DNA from: Coriobacteriales bacterium
Lineage (GTDB): Bacteria; Actinomycetota; Coriobacteriia; Coriobacteriales; UMGS124
Length of the DNA stretch: 64,000 nt
Direction of reading: 5' to 3'
Assembly (NCBI GenBank): GCA_048173955.1
Contig: DBEYOB010000022.1
Location: 7,048-71,047 of the forward strand
The notes beneath the pieces are model-generated. The model searched no databases and was not told the DNA's origin. It worked only from the letters and a program-made list of their open reading frames with translations. Both the position numbers and the translations under genes were made by a program. Each line of letters begins with the position of its first letter. Positions within the stretch are counted from its first letter, which is position 1. Below are positions 16,041 through 25,308 of this stretch, one piece after another.

Positions 16041-17594
16041 TCAGCCCTTCTCGTCGCGCTCGCGCTCCCTCTCTATCAGGTCGAGAAGTTCTTGGCGACC
16101 ATGGATTCCCAATGTGGCGTAGAGCGACTTGCGGTACGATCTCACCGTGTTGGGGGAGAGACCTAAAGTGCGTGCAATGTGGTCGACATCTCGTCCTGTT
16201 GTCAGGAAGGACATGACCTCGGACTGCCGTTTTGAGAGGCCATAAGCGTGCGCGATGCTGTCGCAGGCTTCTTCAATGCTTGTTTGTGCGGGCTCGCGTG
16301 GAGACGGGCTGATTCCAGAAACAGGGCTGTCAATCTGGCCGGAGCCGTCCTTTTGCGCGCTTTCGCCCGAGCGGGCTCGTTTTGCCAGGGGTGCGATGAT
16401 AAAGAAGGCCGGAATCATCAGGACATACAGCAGGAGAAGGCCTGCGATGTACGGCATTATGTTGAGGGTCCCCTGGTTCACAAGCCTCTCGATGGCAAGG
16501 TGTGCCGTGTCGGTCAGATACATGAAGCCTGCAAACGCACCGTAAAGGGGTAGTGCGGCGACGCCCGCCTTTTCGGCACATTCCAGACTGCTTATGACCA
16601 TGAGAAGCGACACCAGAAAGTAGCAGCCGTTGCCGATGAACAATACGACCCATCCCATGTCTTCGTCCAACAGGAACAATATGAATATGATGCTCGCGAA
16701 GATGGGGAGGAAGATTCCATACAGGCGCGGGAGCGGGATGCCCCTGCGCAGCCTGAACCAAACAACGGCCAGAATGACGAGGCAAACAATGTGCGACAGC
16801 GCCACAATCGTCTCATGCGAGAGCGGCAGCGAGTCGGATGCGCCAAAAACGGAGCTGGCGATGGGCGTGATGAGCGTCAGCGCCACGCCGCACAGTATGG
16901 ACAGCGGAAGCCCTTCGGGTATCCGGGCTTTGCTCGGTTCGCTCTCATGCCGAGCGAAGTCGACCGTGCGCGCATTGAGCGCTAGGCATGCCGTTCCCGC
17001 AATGCCGCATACGCCGTAGACGACGAGCATCCTCGCGGTTTCGGAAGGCAGCTGGCCGACGCCGAACGTCAGGGCGATATGGGCGAGCGACCCCCAGAGG
17101 AGCAGCCGCTTGGCACGAGAGAGCTCGAACGACGCAAGCATGCGGAACCATTGGCAAAACCCGCACGCCTTGCCGAACGCGAGGGCGATCGAGCCGATGT
17201 AGAGCGCGGGAGGGGCGTCAAAAGTAAGGCCGCAGCCCACGAGCAACAATGCCGCCACGAGCGAACCGATGGTCGCTGCGGTTAAGGAGCCCCGACCGAG
17301 TCTTCCCCTCACCGCCCACCATGCAACGACAAAGAACGAGAGCGCATAACAGAGCGATTGGACGATGCCGATCGGCGTCACGATGCCCGTTCCGTCTGCG
17401 AACGGGTATGTCGTAGAGCTCGATGCGGCGAAGGTGAGCCAAACGGCGTTGCCCGCCCAGTAGAGGACGGATGTGCGGTCGAGCGCAAAGTCGGTTATCC
17501 GCACGCCGTTCGCCCCCTTGCCAAATCTCGCACGCCGTGTCTGTGTCGACAATTGTACGCGGTATGGTCCGTCGGCATTTAAGAAAATCGGCAA
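16041..17594 (-). CDS. Polytopic-membrane LuxR-family transcriptional regulator
   Basis: TM-rich body, then LSKRQSEVMSFLTTGRDVDHIARTLGLSPNTVRSYRKSLYATLGI. GC3 is visibly lower than in neighbouring genes (many ata/tta/ttt codons around 16300-16900). The TTG start at 17594 is uncertain. Confidence 0.8.
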   Translation of the reverse strand: MPIFLNADGPYRVQLSTQTRRARFGKGANGVRITDFALDRTSVLYWAGNAVWLTFAASSSTTYPFADGTGIVTPIGIVQSLCYALSFFVVAWWAVRGRLGRGSLTAATIGSLVAALLLVGCGLTFDAPPALYIGSIALAFGKACGFCQWFRMLASFELSRAKRLLLWGSLAHIALTFGVGQLPSETARMLVVYGVCGIAGTACLALNARTVDFARHESEPSKARIPEGLPLSILCGVALTLITPIASSVFGASDSLPLSHETIVALSHIVCLVILAVVWFRLRRGIPLPRLYGIFLPIFASIIFILFLLDEDMGWVVLFIGNGCYFLVSLLMVISSLECAEKAGVAALPLYGAFAGFMYLTDTAHLAIERLVNQGTLNIMPYIAGLLLLYVLMIPAFFIIAPLAKRARSGESAQKDGSGQIDSPVSGISPSPREPAQTSIEEACDSIAHAYGLSKRQSEVMSFLTTGRDVDHIARTLGLSPNTVRSYRKSLYATLGIHGRQELLDLIERERERDEKG

Positions 17595-17761
17595 CCTGCG
17601 CGCCGCATTGCCGCGCTACCCCTTTTGCGGGGGCATTCGGTGGGTGGGCACCATCGGTGGCAACCCCTTGCAGGGGCGTAGCGGCGAGGCCTGCCCCGAC
17701 CGTATCGTTGGTGCTGTCCGCACGGCAATATACCAATCGGTATCGTGAAAGGGGATGCGCT

Positions 17762-19435
17762 ATGACTATGGATCGCAGGTCGTTTCTCAAGGGGAGTGCC
17801 GCGGTGGCAGGCGGCGTAGCGGCCGTCGGTGCAATGGGCGCGACTGCGTTTGCCGACGAGGCTGAGGCCCCGTCGTGGGGCACCGTCGAGGTCGACGAGG
17901 ACGTCATTGCCGCGGTGGATGCCGAGAAGAGCGACGAGCCCCCCGCGTGGCTTGGCACGCCGCCCGACATCAGCGTCGACGACTGCGTCGAGACAGTCGA
18001 GACTGATATCGTGGTGGTCGGCTCCGCGTTGGCGGGCGTGCTCTCCGCGTATTCGGCCATCCAGAACGGTGCACAGGTTGTGATGATCGAGCGCAACGGT
18101 GCACCGCACATCAGCGGTTCGGGCATCGGCTTCTTCAACTCCGAATACCAGAAGGCCGGCGGACAGCCCGAGCACAACGAGCAGATCATCATGAACAAGG
18201 TGATCAACGAGGGGAACCTGCGCGTCGACGCGGCCCTGGTTGCCATGTGGGCCTACCACAGCGGCGAGATTCTCGACGAGCTCGAGGAGAACGTGCTACA
18301 GCCTGCTGGGCTGCCGGGCACCATCAGCATCGGCGAGCCGCTCGACGAGGAGGAGCTCGACCAGTACGAGGAGGCCTTCCACGTCGATTTCGACGACACG
18401 GGCAACGACAGCCTCGAGAAGTTCGACTACATCTTCCACGATTGGATCCGCGAGCATGGTGGCACCATCGCGTTCAACACCTGCGCTCGGGTGCTCACGC
18501 AGGACGAGGACGGCACGGTGACCGGCCTCATCGCGACCAATGAGAACGGCGAGTACGTGTATTACAAGGCGAACAAGGCCGTTATCATGTGCGCCGGCTC
18601 GTACGGCGGTAACGAGGAGATGGTCGACGCTCTGTGCTATCCGTCGATGGCCCAGTTCATCAAGAAGTACAGCGGCTATAACGCCAAGGCGAGCGAGACG
18701 GCGCCTATCACCACGGGCGAGAAGATGGACGACGGTATCGGCCACAGGATGATGTGCTGGGCCGGCGCCATCATGGAGGAAATCGACCCGTCGTATCAGG
18801 CATGGTCGAACACGGGCTACTGGATCGCCGCCCCGCTGGCCGTCAACAACAAGGGCGAGCGCTTCTTCAACGAGGCCATCTCGTCGCTGTCCTCGAGCTT
18901 TGCCATCTTCGAGCTTCCTGATGGGGCAAACTACGTGTGGCAGATCATGGGTTCCGACGACTTCGACTTCCCGGCTCTGCTGCCCATGCCCGGCGCCAAC
19001 CGCGAGATGATGGAGGCCATGGCTGCCGGCTCAGAGATGTACGAGGCCGACACCATCGAGGAGCTCGCCGGTCTGATCGGCGTGCCGGCCGACACGCTCG
19101 TGGCGACGGTCGAGCGCTACAACGAGCTGTGCGCGCTCGGAAAGGACGAGGATTACGGAAAGGGCGCGAACCACCTGCATCCCATCGACACCCCGCCGTT
19201 CAAGGCATACAAGGAAGCCTACTACTTCTTTGGCATGAGCTCTGGTGTCAAGGTGAACAAGAACCTGCAAGTCGTTGATGCCAACTGGGATCCCATCCCC
19301 CATCTGTATGCGGCTGGCAACTGCGTCGGTTGGCGCATGGGCTCCGGATACCAGAATGTGATTCCGGGCCTGTGCAACGCCTATGCGGCCGTGCATGGCT
19401 ACTACGCAGGCAAGAACGCGGCGGCCGAGGCCTAA
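17762..19435 (+). CDS. Tat-signal FAD-dependent reductase (fumarate-reductase/flavocytochrome-c-like), no FMN_bind domain
   Basis: Start is MTMDRRSFLKGSAAVAGGVAAVGAMGATAFA. It shares the paralog motif PAWLGTPPDISVDDCVETVETDIVVVGSALAG. C-terminal IEELAGLIGVPADTLVATVERYNELCALGKDEDYGK matches the other two FAD_binding_2-type paralogs. Confidence 0.88.
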   Translation: MTMDRRSFLKGSAAVAGGVAAVGAMGATAFADEAEAPSWGTVEVDEDVIAAVDAEKSDEPPAWLGTPPDISVDDCVETVETDIVVVGSALAGVLSAYSAIQNGAQVVMIERNGAPHISGSGIGFFNSEYQKAGGQPEHNEQIIMNKVINEGNLRVDAALVAMWAYHSGEILDELEENVLQPAGLPGTISIGEPLDEEELDQYEEAFHVDFDDTGNDSLEKFDYIFHDWIREHGGTIAFNTCARVLTQDEDGTVTGLIATNENGEYVYYKANKAVIMCAGSYGGNEEMVDALCYPSMAQFIKKYSGYNAKASETAPITTGEKMDDGIGHRMMCWAGAIMEEIDPSYQAWSNTGYWIAAPLAVNNKGERFFNEAISSLSSSFAIFELPDGANYVWQIMGSDDFDFPALLPMPGANREMMEAMAAGSEMYEADTIEELAGLIGVPADTLVATVERYNELCALGKDEDYGKGANHLHPIDTPPFKAYKEAYYFFGMSSGVKVNKNLQVVDANWDPIPHLYAAGNCVGWRMGSGYQNVIPGLCNAYAAVHGYYAGKNAAAEA

Positions 19436-19544
19436 TCGAACGGGGTCGCGGTCCTGATCGCAGCGCGGCCAAGGCGGCAACCACCGCAGCCTTTATACGG
19501 CTGGTGCCGGCAGGCGTCGAAGGCGGCCATTGGCCAGTTTAAGA

Positions 19545-19584
19545 GCCGCCCGCTCCGGGAACGTCTCCGGGGCGGGCGGTTTTG
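19545..19584 (+). terminator. Rho-independent terminator after reductase 17762..19435
   Basis: gccgcccgctccgg-loop-ccggggcgggcgg followed by TTTTG. Confidence 0.7.
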
Positions 19585-19806
19585 TATGCACGGATTTCCG
19601 TACGCCGGAAGGCGGGGTACGGCCGCGGGTTAAGCGGATTTCTTCACTCAACCCCGGCGTTCTTGTGCACCGAACGCGGCTGCGCCAGGCCGACTCTGGC
19701 CGAACGGCCATGCGTGGGGTACCATGCTGTTCCGCACGGTAATCATGCGCGACGTTTCCCACCCCGTGCTGTCTCGTTGGAAATCCGTCCCTTCAGAAAG
19801 CCCGCC

Positions 19807-20091
19807 ATGCCCGGATTCGCCTTGTTCGCTGTTTTCTGCCTGGTTGCCGTCAACCTTGCGGGATTCGTTATGATGCGTGCGGACAAGGTTCGTGCCCGGT
19901 GTGGGGAGTGGCGCATCCCCGAAGAGGACCTGTTCGCCGTCGCCGCCATCGGCGGGAGTGTTGGCGTGCTCATCGGGATGCACGTGTTTCGCCACAAGAC
20001 GCTGCACAAGCGGTTTGTTTTCGGGATTCCCGCAATCATGGTTGTCCAGCTTGCAGTCGGTGCCCTCCTTGTTTGGAGGCTTGCAGCTTAG
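19807..20091 (+). CDS. DUF1294-family small membrane protein
   Basis: MPGFALFAVFCLVAVNLAGFVMMRADKVRARCGEWRIPEEDLFAVAAIGGSVGVLIGMHVFRHKTLHKRF is the characteristic DUF1294 pattern (DK..A....WRI.E..L......GG..G......HKT.K..F). Confidence 0.8.
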   Translation: MPGFALFAVFCLVAVNLAGFVMMRADKVRARCGEWRIPEEDLFAVAAIGGSVGVLIGMHVFRHKTLHKRFVFGIPAIMVVQLAVGALLVWRLAA

Positions 20092-20232
20092 GGGCTCGAG
20101 AGCCGGAAGCCGGCCGGTTTGCGAAGGTGCGGCAACGCGTGCGAGCCTTGAGATTCGTCAAGAAAATCAATATCCAAATACATTAATCAATCTCGTAAAA
20201 TTCACCTATGCCCTTTCCAGATTCTGGCGGTC

Positions 20233-20500
20233 GGCTAGCGAAAAAACCGCCTTACTGAGCAAGCACAGCTCCTCTGTCAAGGGATGAAAGCACGCAAGAT
20301 GGATACCCGAAAAATAGACGGAGGCATATCCGGGGTTAATACCTGGTGCTTTACCTAATTATCAATTATGCATATAATAACGTCATTCGCCCGTACCGGC
20401 CACGTTCCGAGCGAGCTTGCTCAGTAAGGCAGTTTTTCAGCAAGTGCCCTTCTGCAATCGGGAAGAAGTTGCGCGACTTGCTCATCAAGGCGGGTTTTTC
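20233..20500. repeat. Intergenic repeat family 2, copy B (inverted arms plus module M)
   Basis: Arms at 20233-20264 and 20414-20449 contain GCTTGCTCAGTAAGGC in inverted orientation. Module M is at 20461-20500. The core is AT-rich. The copy lies upstream of pepC. Confidence 0.7.
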
Positions 20501-20584
20501 GCAGGCCATGCATGGCGCCGGGCGGCTATGAATGGCTATCATGGGGGCGTCCGCCATCCATAATTGCGAGGAGGTCATATCGAT

Positions 20585-21931
20585 ATGCCAGTCAATCCCT
20601 ATCTCGCCCCGGTGCCGCCCTCGTCGGCCGAGTTTGCACGCGATGTCGCCTACACCGTGGCAAAAAACGCCGTTACCTCCAGCGGTCTCGTGAAGAGCGC
20701 CCGCGTGCCCGAGCGCGTCGCCAAGGCCACCAGGAGCTTTACCTACCAGGTGCAGCCGCAGGGCGCCATCACCAACCAGAAGCAGTCGGGACGCTGCTGG
20801 ATGTTCGCCGCCCTCAACATCATGCGCTTCGAGATCATGCAGCAATGGAACCTCGAGACGTTCGAGTTCTCGCAGAGCTACCCGCTCTTCTACGACAAGC
20901 TCGAACGCGCCAACTGGTTCCTCTGCCAGGTCCTCGACATGGTCGACGAGCCTCTCGAAGGCCGTGAGATGGCGTTTCTCCTGGCCGACCCGCTTGGCGA
21001 CGGCGGCCAGTGGGACATGTTCATGGCGCTCGTGCGCAAGTACGGCGTGGTGCCCAAGGAGGCCATGCCCGAGACGGCCTGCTCGAGCAACACGCGCGAG
21101 ATGGACGCCTATCTGACCAAGCTGCTGAGGGGCTATGCCGCTGAGCTGCGCCGGGCGCATGAGGCAGGTGCGAGCGCCGACGAGCTGTGCGACCGCATCC
21201 CGCAGATGATGGCTACGGTGCGCCGCGCCCTGTGCATCTGCCTGGGCGAGCCGCCCGCGTCGTTCGATGTGCGCGCGCACGACAAGGACAAGAAACTTGT
21301 GGAGCATCTCGGCATGACGCCGCTTGGGTTCTACCGCGGGTTTTTGGCTGAGCGCTTCGACGACTACGTGAGCGTCATCAGCGCCAACACGGCGGACAAG
21401 CCCTTCGGGCGCACCTACACGATCGAGCGCCTGGGCAACGTGGCCGAAGCAGGCCAGGTCAAGCATCTCAACCTGCCCATCGAGCGCCTCAAGGAGCTTG
21501 CGCTTTCCATGCTGCGCGACAACCGCCCGGTGTGGTTCGGCAGCGACGTGGGCCAGAGCAGCCTGCGCGACGACGGCCTGCTCGACCCGGCCGCCATCGA
21601 CGTCGACGCGATCTTCGGAACCCAGGTTGAGATGGACCGCGCCACGCGCCTCGACTACGGCGATTCGTGCATGACGCACGCCATGGTGCTGCAGGGTGTC
21701 GACGTTGACGCCTCCGGCAAGACGACCCAATGGCGCGTCGAGAACAGCTGGGGCAAGGATTTCGGCAACGACGGCTTCTACATCATGGACGACGCCTGGT
21801 TCGACGAGTTCGTGTACCAGATCGCCGTGCCCAAGTCGCTGCTCACTGCCGAGGAGCGGGCTGCATGGGAGACCGAGCCCGTCAACCTGCGCCCCTGGGA
21901 CCCCATGGGGACGCTTGCCACGGTGAGATAG
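20585..21931 (+). CDS. pepC: Aminopeptidase C / bleomycin hydrolase (peptidase C1B)
   Basis: RBS gaggagg 9 nt upstream. Catalytic-Cys motif NQKQSGRCWMFAALN. C-terminal HAMVLQGVD..WRVENSWG (His/Asn region). Confidence 0.9.
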   Translation: MPVNPYLAPVPPSSAEFARDVAYTVAKNAVTSSGLVKSARVPERVAKATRSFTYQVQPQGAITNQKQSGRCWMFAALNIMRFEIMQQWNLETFEFSQSYPLFYDKLERANWFLCQVLDMVDEPLEGREMAFLLADPLGDGGQWDMFMALVRKYGVVPKEAMPETACSSNTREMDAYLTKLLRGYAAELRRAHEAGASADELCDRIPQMMATVRRALCICLGEPPASFDVRAHDKDKKLVEHLGMTPLGFYRGFLAERFDDYVSVISANTADKPFGRTYTIERLGNVAEAGQVKHLNLPIERLKELALSMLRDNRPVWFGSDVGQSSLRDDGLLDPAAIDVDAIFGTQVEMDRATRLDYGDSCMTHAMVLQGVDVDASGKTTQWRVENSWGKDFGNDGFYIMDDAWFDEFVYQIAVPKSLLTAEERAAWETEPVNLRPWDPMGTLATVR

Positions 21932-22012
21932 CGCGGTTTGCGGGCGGACCAGCTCGTGGCAGGTGGAATGCCAACCGCTCGCGGGCATCCTCGCCGCGAC
22001 GTTAGGCGTTGA

Positions 22013-22055
22013 CAGAACGGGGGAGGCGGTTCAGTGCCTCTCCCGTTCTTCTGTT
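22013..22055 (+). terminator. Rho-independent terminator after pepC
   Basis: cagaacgggggaggc-loop-gcctctcccgttct followed by TCTGTT. Confidence 0.7.
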
Positions 22056-22187
22056 GCGGTGGATGGGCGGAGAGGTAATGCCTTGTCTTTCAAGTCTGGG
22101 CTTATCGAACGCTCTGGGCCGAACTTCTGGCTTGCGCTATAGTGGTTCCCGCAAGACCCGGTACCGTCTCCGCCGGAGGAGGAGCCC

Positions 22188-22856
22188 ATGGCGCGCATCT
22201 ATGTGATTGAGGACGACGAGGCCGTGCGCGGCGAACTTGCCACGCTGTTGCGCCGCGCGGGCCACGAGCCCCTGTGCGCCGAACGGTTCGACCGCCTGGC
22301 GGCCGACGTGGAAGACGCCGCGCCCGACGTGGTCCTGCTCGACCTCGGGCTGCCGGGGACCGACGGTCTCTACGTCTGCCGCGAGCTTCGCCAGACCTCG
22401 AACGTGCCGATCATCGTGGTGACGAGCCGCACCACCGACCTCGACGAGCTCATGAGCATGTCGCTCGGAGCGGACGACTTCATCGCCAAGCCCTACAACG
22501 GCCAGGTGCTCCTTGCGCACATCGACGCCGTGCTGCGCCGTGCGCAGGGTGCCCAGGAACAGGGGCGCGTGGTCGAGTATCGGGGCCTTTCGCTCGACCT
22601 CGCCCGTTCCAAGGCGACCTACGAGGGACGTTCGGTCGAGCTCACCAAGAACGAGCTGCGCATCCTCGCCTTACTCATGCGCCGCAAGGGCGAGATCGTC
22701 TCGCGCGAGGACATCATGGTCGAGCTGTGGAACTCCGACACGTTCATCGACGACAACACGCTCACGGTGAACATGAACCGCCTGCGCAAGACGCTCGCGA
22801 GCATCGGGGTGACCGACTATCTCACCACCCATCGCGGCCAGGGGTACTCGGCCTAG
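22188..22856 (+). CDS. OmpR/BceR-type response regulator
   Basis: Receiver domain MARIYVIEDDEAVR...VVLLDLGLPGTDG...ADDFIAKP, followed by a winged-helix output domain (LTKNELRILALLMRRKGEIVSRE..YLTTHRGQGY). RBS ggaggagg. Confidence 0.92.
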   Translation: MARIYVIEDDEAVRGELATLLRRAGHEPLCAERFDRLAADVEDAAPDVVLLDLGLPGTDGLYVCRELRQTSNVPIIVVTSRTTDLDELMSMSLGADDFIAKPYNGQVLLAHIDAVLRRAQGAQEQGRVVEYRGLSLDLARSKATYEGRSVELTKNELRILALLMRRKGEIVSREDIMVELWNSDTFIDDNTLTVNMNRLRKTLASIGVTDYLTTHRGQGYSA

Positions 22857-22884
22857 GCAGCCTGCGTCACCGAGACGCCTTTTG

Positions 22885-22926
22885 TCTGCGGCGGGCCGCT
22901 TGCCTGAGGCGGCGGCCCGCCGCAGA
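22885..22926. other. Perfect 15-bp stem hairpin between the convergent response-regulator and Rpn genes
   Basis: tctgcggcgggccgc-N12-gcggcccgccgcaga. There is no U-tract on either strand, so this may be an I-shaped actinobacterial terminator. Confidence 0.5.
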
Positions 22927-22942
22927 ACTCAAGGGTGGGCTC

Positions 22943-23827
22943 CTACGCGATGCCGTAGTTGCGATACAGTTCTTCGCGCAGCTGCCTGTCGGTGGCGGCA
23001 CGTGCGACGTCGTCGGTCCTGCCGTCGGCGGCGAGCGCCGCTATCAGGCGCGACAGGCGTTCTTCACCCTGCTCGCGACCTTCGGCCAAGCCCTCGGCTC
23101 TTCCTTGCTCGAGGCCTTCTTCTCGCCCCTGCAGTACGCCGCGGTCGAAGTTCAGTTGGTCTCTGACCTGGAGCATCATGAATTCCAGCCTCCATTTCTG
23201 ATTGTCGAGCACCTCGGCAACCTCTTCCGCGAGCCGTGCGGAAAGACCCCCGGACACTTTGCCGGTAGCCACATAGTCGAGGAACTCGTTGAGGCGGTCG
23301 CCGGCTTGCTCTTGCCGGGGCGCGGTGGCGGAGAGGAAGATCGTCTTGCAGCCGTCGCCCAACCGAAGTCCCTCGACGTCCTGGCAGGTGTTCTCAAAGG
23401 AGTATACCCGCCGGCCGCACTTGAACGGGTCGAACCCGCAGACGAATATGACGTAGGAGTCTTTGAGACTCCGGTAGGGGAGGCCTTTGCCCAGCTGGTC
23501 GAGGGACATCAAGGCATGGTAGTAGCGCGAACGCTGGGGCAGCTCGCGGGTGTCGGTCGACTGCATCTCGACGTTGTAGACGGTCCCTGCCCCATCGCGC
23601 ACATAGACGTCGAGACGGATTCCCTTGCCTGCCGGCGAGGCGTCGAGATCCTCTTGGCGACCGATGTAGTCGATGCGCTCGATTGCCACGCCGAGCACTG
23701 CTTCGAGCACCTCGCGGCACAGGTCGGCGTTGAGCATGGCCTTGCAGAACACGAAGTCGTCTGCGATGGTGAGGTTTTCCCAACGTTCGTTTATCTTGCT
23801 GAGCACTTCCGGAATGGTGTCAGTCAT
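22943..23827 (-). CDS. Rpn-family recombination-promoting nuclease / PD-(D/E)XK putative transposase
   Basis: MTDTIPEVL..DDFVFCKAMLNADLCREVLEAVLG..IRLDVYVRDGAGTVYNVEMQSTDTRELPQRSRYYHA matches the PD-(D/E)XK core of the Rpn/YhgA-like family. The C-terminal EG/QG-rich repeat (QGREEGLEQGRAEGLAEGREQGEE) is typical. Confidence 0.75.
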   Translation of the reverse strand: MTDTIPEVLSKINERWENLTIADDFVFCKAMLNADLCREVLEAVLGVAIERIDYIGRQEDLDASPAGKGIRLDVYVRDGAGTVYNVEMQSTDTRELPQRSRYYHALMSLDQLGKGLPYRSLKDSYVIFVCGFDPFKCGRRVYSFENTCQDVEGLRLGDGCKTIFLSATAPRQEQAGDRLNEFLDYVATGKVSGGLSARLAEEVAEVLDNQKWRLEFMMLQVRDQLNFDRGVLQGREEGLEQGRAEGLAEGREQGEERLSRLIAALAADGRTDDVARAATDRQLREELYRNYGIA

Positions 23828-24153
23828 GAGATATCCCTCTTCTCTGAACGGGGGTGTGATTGAGCCAGCGGCCATGCATGGCACATCGGCGGGGTGTATA
23901 TGATGCTGAATCGAGGGTTTGCGATGACTCCTGCAGGATGTAGACAGTTTACGAACATTTGTTCTACTTTGCAAGAGTTCTCGACGATTTCGGGTTGTCA
24001 GAACTTCGCCGTGCACGCCTCCTTTACAATCATGCGGCAAGGGGCGCCCCGCATTGCGGCGACCGCTGGCCGGCATAGCCCAGCCTGGCCCGGTGCGGGC
24101 GACGCCTGCCTTTCGGATGGTTTCGGGCGGACCTCTCGGGGGAGGCGTGCGGC

Positions 24154-25308
24154 ATGAGCGTCTGGGCGTATCTGCGCGGCCATGTGCTTGCGGTGGCCAT
24201 TGCGCTGCTCACCGTGGGGCTGCTCTGGCCGATGCTGCGCCTGGTGGGTTTGGGCGGCGAGCTCGTGACCCTCATCGTGCTGTGCGTGGCGCTCGCCCTG
24301 CTCGCCATAGGCATCGCCAACTACCTGCATACGCGCGCGTGGTGCAGGCGGTTCGCCGAGGTCGCGCGGGCGGGCGGCGACGCTCCCGAGCTTGCCCTGT
24401 CGATGGAGGAGCCCGACGCCCCCGAGGCCCAGGTCGTCTTCGAGGCGCTGCAAGCCGTGGCGACCGAGGCCAACGCCCGCGTCTCCGACTCGCGGCTGCG
24501 CGAGCGCGAACACCGCGAGTTCGTGGAGACGTGGGTGCACGAGGTCAAGACCCCGCTCGCCGCCATCGACCTCATGCTCGAGAACCTTGACGACGCGCGC
24601 CTCGCCCCGCTCGCCCGCGAACTCGACCGCGTGGGGTCGCTCGTGGAACAGGCGCTCTACTTCGCCCGCTCCTCTTCGGTCGAGAGCGACTACCTGGTGC
24701 GCACATGCACGCTCGAGGCGCTCGTGCGCGGGGCGGTCAAGTCGCGCGCCCACGCCCTCGTCGGGGCGCATGTTGCCGTGGGTATGGAGGGGCTCGACCG
24801 CACGGTCTTCGCCGACCTCAAGTGGATGCAGTTCGTGCTGGGCCAGCTCATCGACAACGCGGTGCGCTACCGGCGCGACCCTGCTTGCCCTGCCGGCGGC
24901 GACGCCCCCGCCGACTCTGCCGACCCCGCTGCCTGCGACGCCGAAGCCGCGGGCGGTGCCGCCGCGGACGGGCCGCGCATCGACTTTTCGGCGCGCGCGC
25001 TCGACGAGGGGCGCGCCGACGAGCGCGTAGTGCTGAGCGTGCGCGACAACGGGTGCGGCATCTCGGCCGCCGACATCGGCCGGGTGTTCGACAAAGGCTT
25101 CACGGGGAGCAACGGCCGCGTCTACGCCAAGTCGACCGGCATCGGCCTCTACCTCGTGCGCTCCCTGTGCGAAAAGATGGGCCTCTCGGTGAGCGCGTCG
25201 AGCGTCGAAGGGGAGTGGACGTGCTTCGAGATCGTCTTCCCCACCAACCGGATGAAGGTGTTCGGCGACGACGCTACGGCGTCCCTCGGCGGGGGGCGCA
25301 TCCTGTGA
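24154..25308 (+). CDS. BceS-like intramembrane-sensing histidine kinase
   Basis: Two N-terminal TM helices with almost no external loop. H-box is EFVETWVHEVKTPLAAIDL. ATPase motifs are QLIDNAVRY, VRDNGCGI and GIGLYLV. RBS gggggagg. Confidence 0.9.
   Translation: MSVWAYLRGHVLAVAIALLTVGLLWPMLRLVGLGGELVTLIVLCVALALLAIGIANYLHTRAWCRRFAEVARAGGDAPELALSMEEPDAPEAQVVFEALQAVATEANARVSDSRLREREHREFVETWVHEVKTPLAAIDLMLENLDDARLAPLARELDRVGSLVEQALYFARSSSVESDYLVRTCTLEALVRGAVKSRAHALVGAHVAVGMEGLDRTVFADLKWMQFVLGQLIDNAVRYRRDPACPAGGDAPADSADPAACDAEAAGGAAADGPRIDFSARALDEGRADERVVLSVRDNGCGISAADIGRVFDKGFTGSNGRVYAKSTGIGLYLVRSLCEKMGLSVSASSVEGEWTCFEIVFPTNRMKVFGDDATASLGGGRIL

Noticed and set aside
24705-25304. N-terminal 200 aa of the 681-aa ORF 24705..26750, and likewise 30956..31096 of the permease ORF and 39987..40559 of the MFS ORF.
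   Set aside because: These extensions overlap the upstream, well-supported genes in another frame and are Arg/Pro-rich. The recognisable domains begin at the internal starts used in the feature table (25305, 31097, about 40566).
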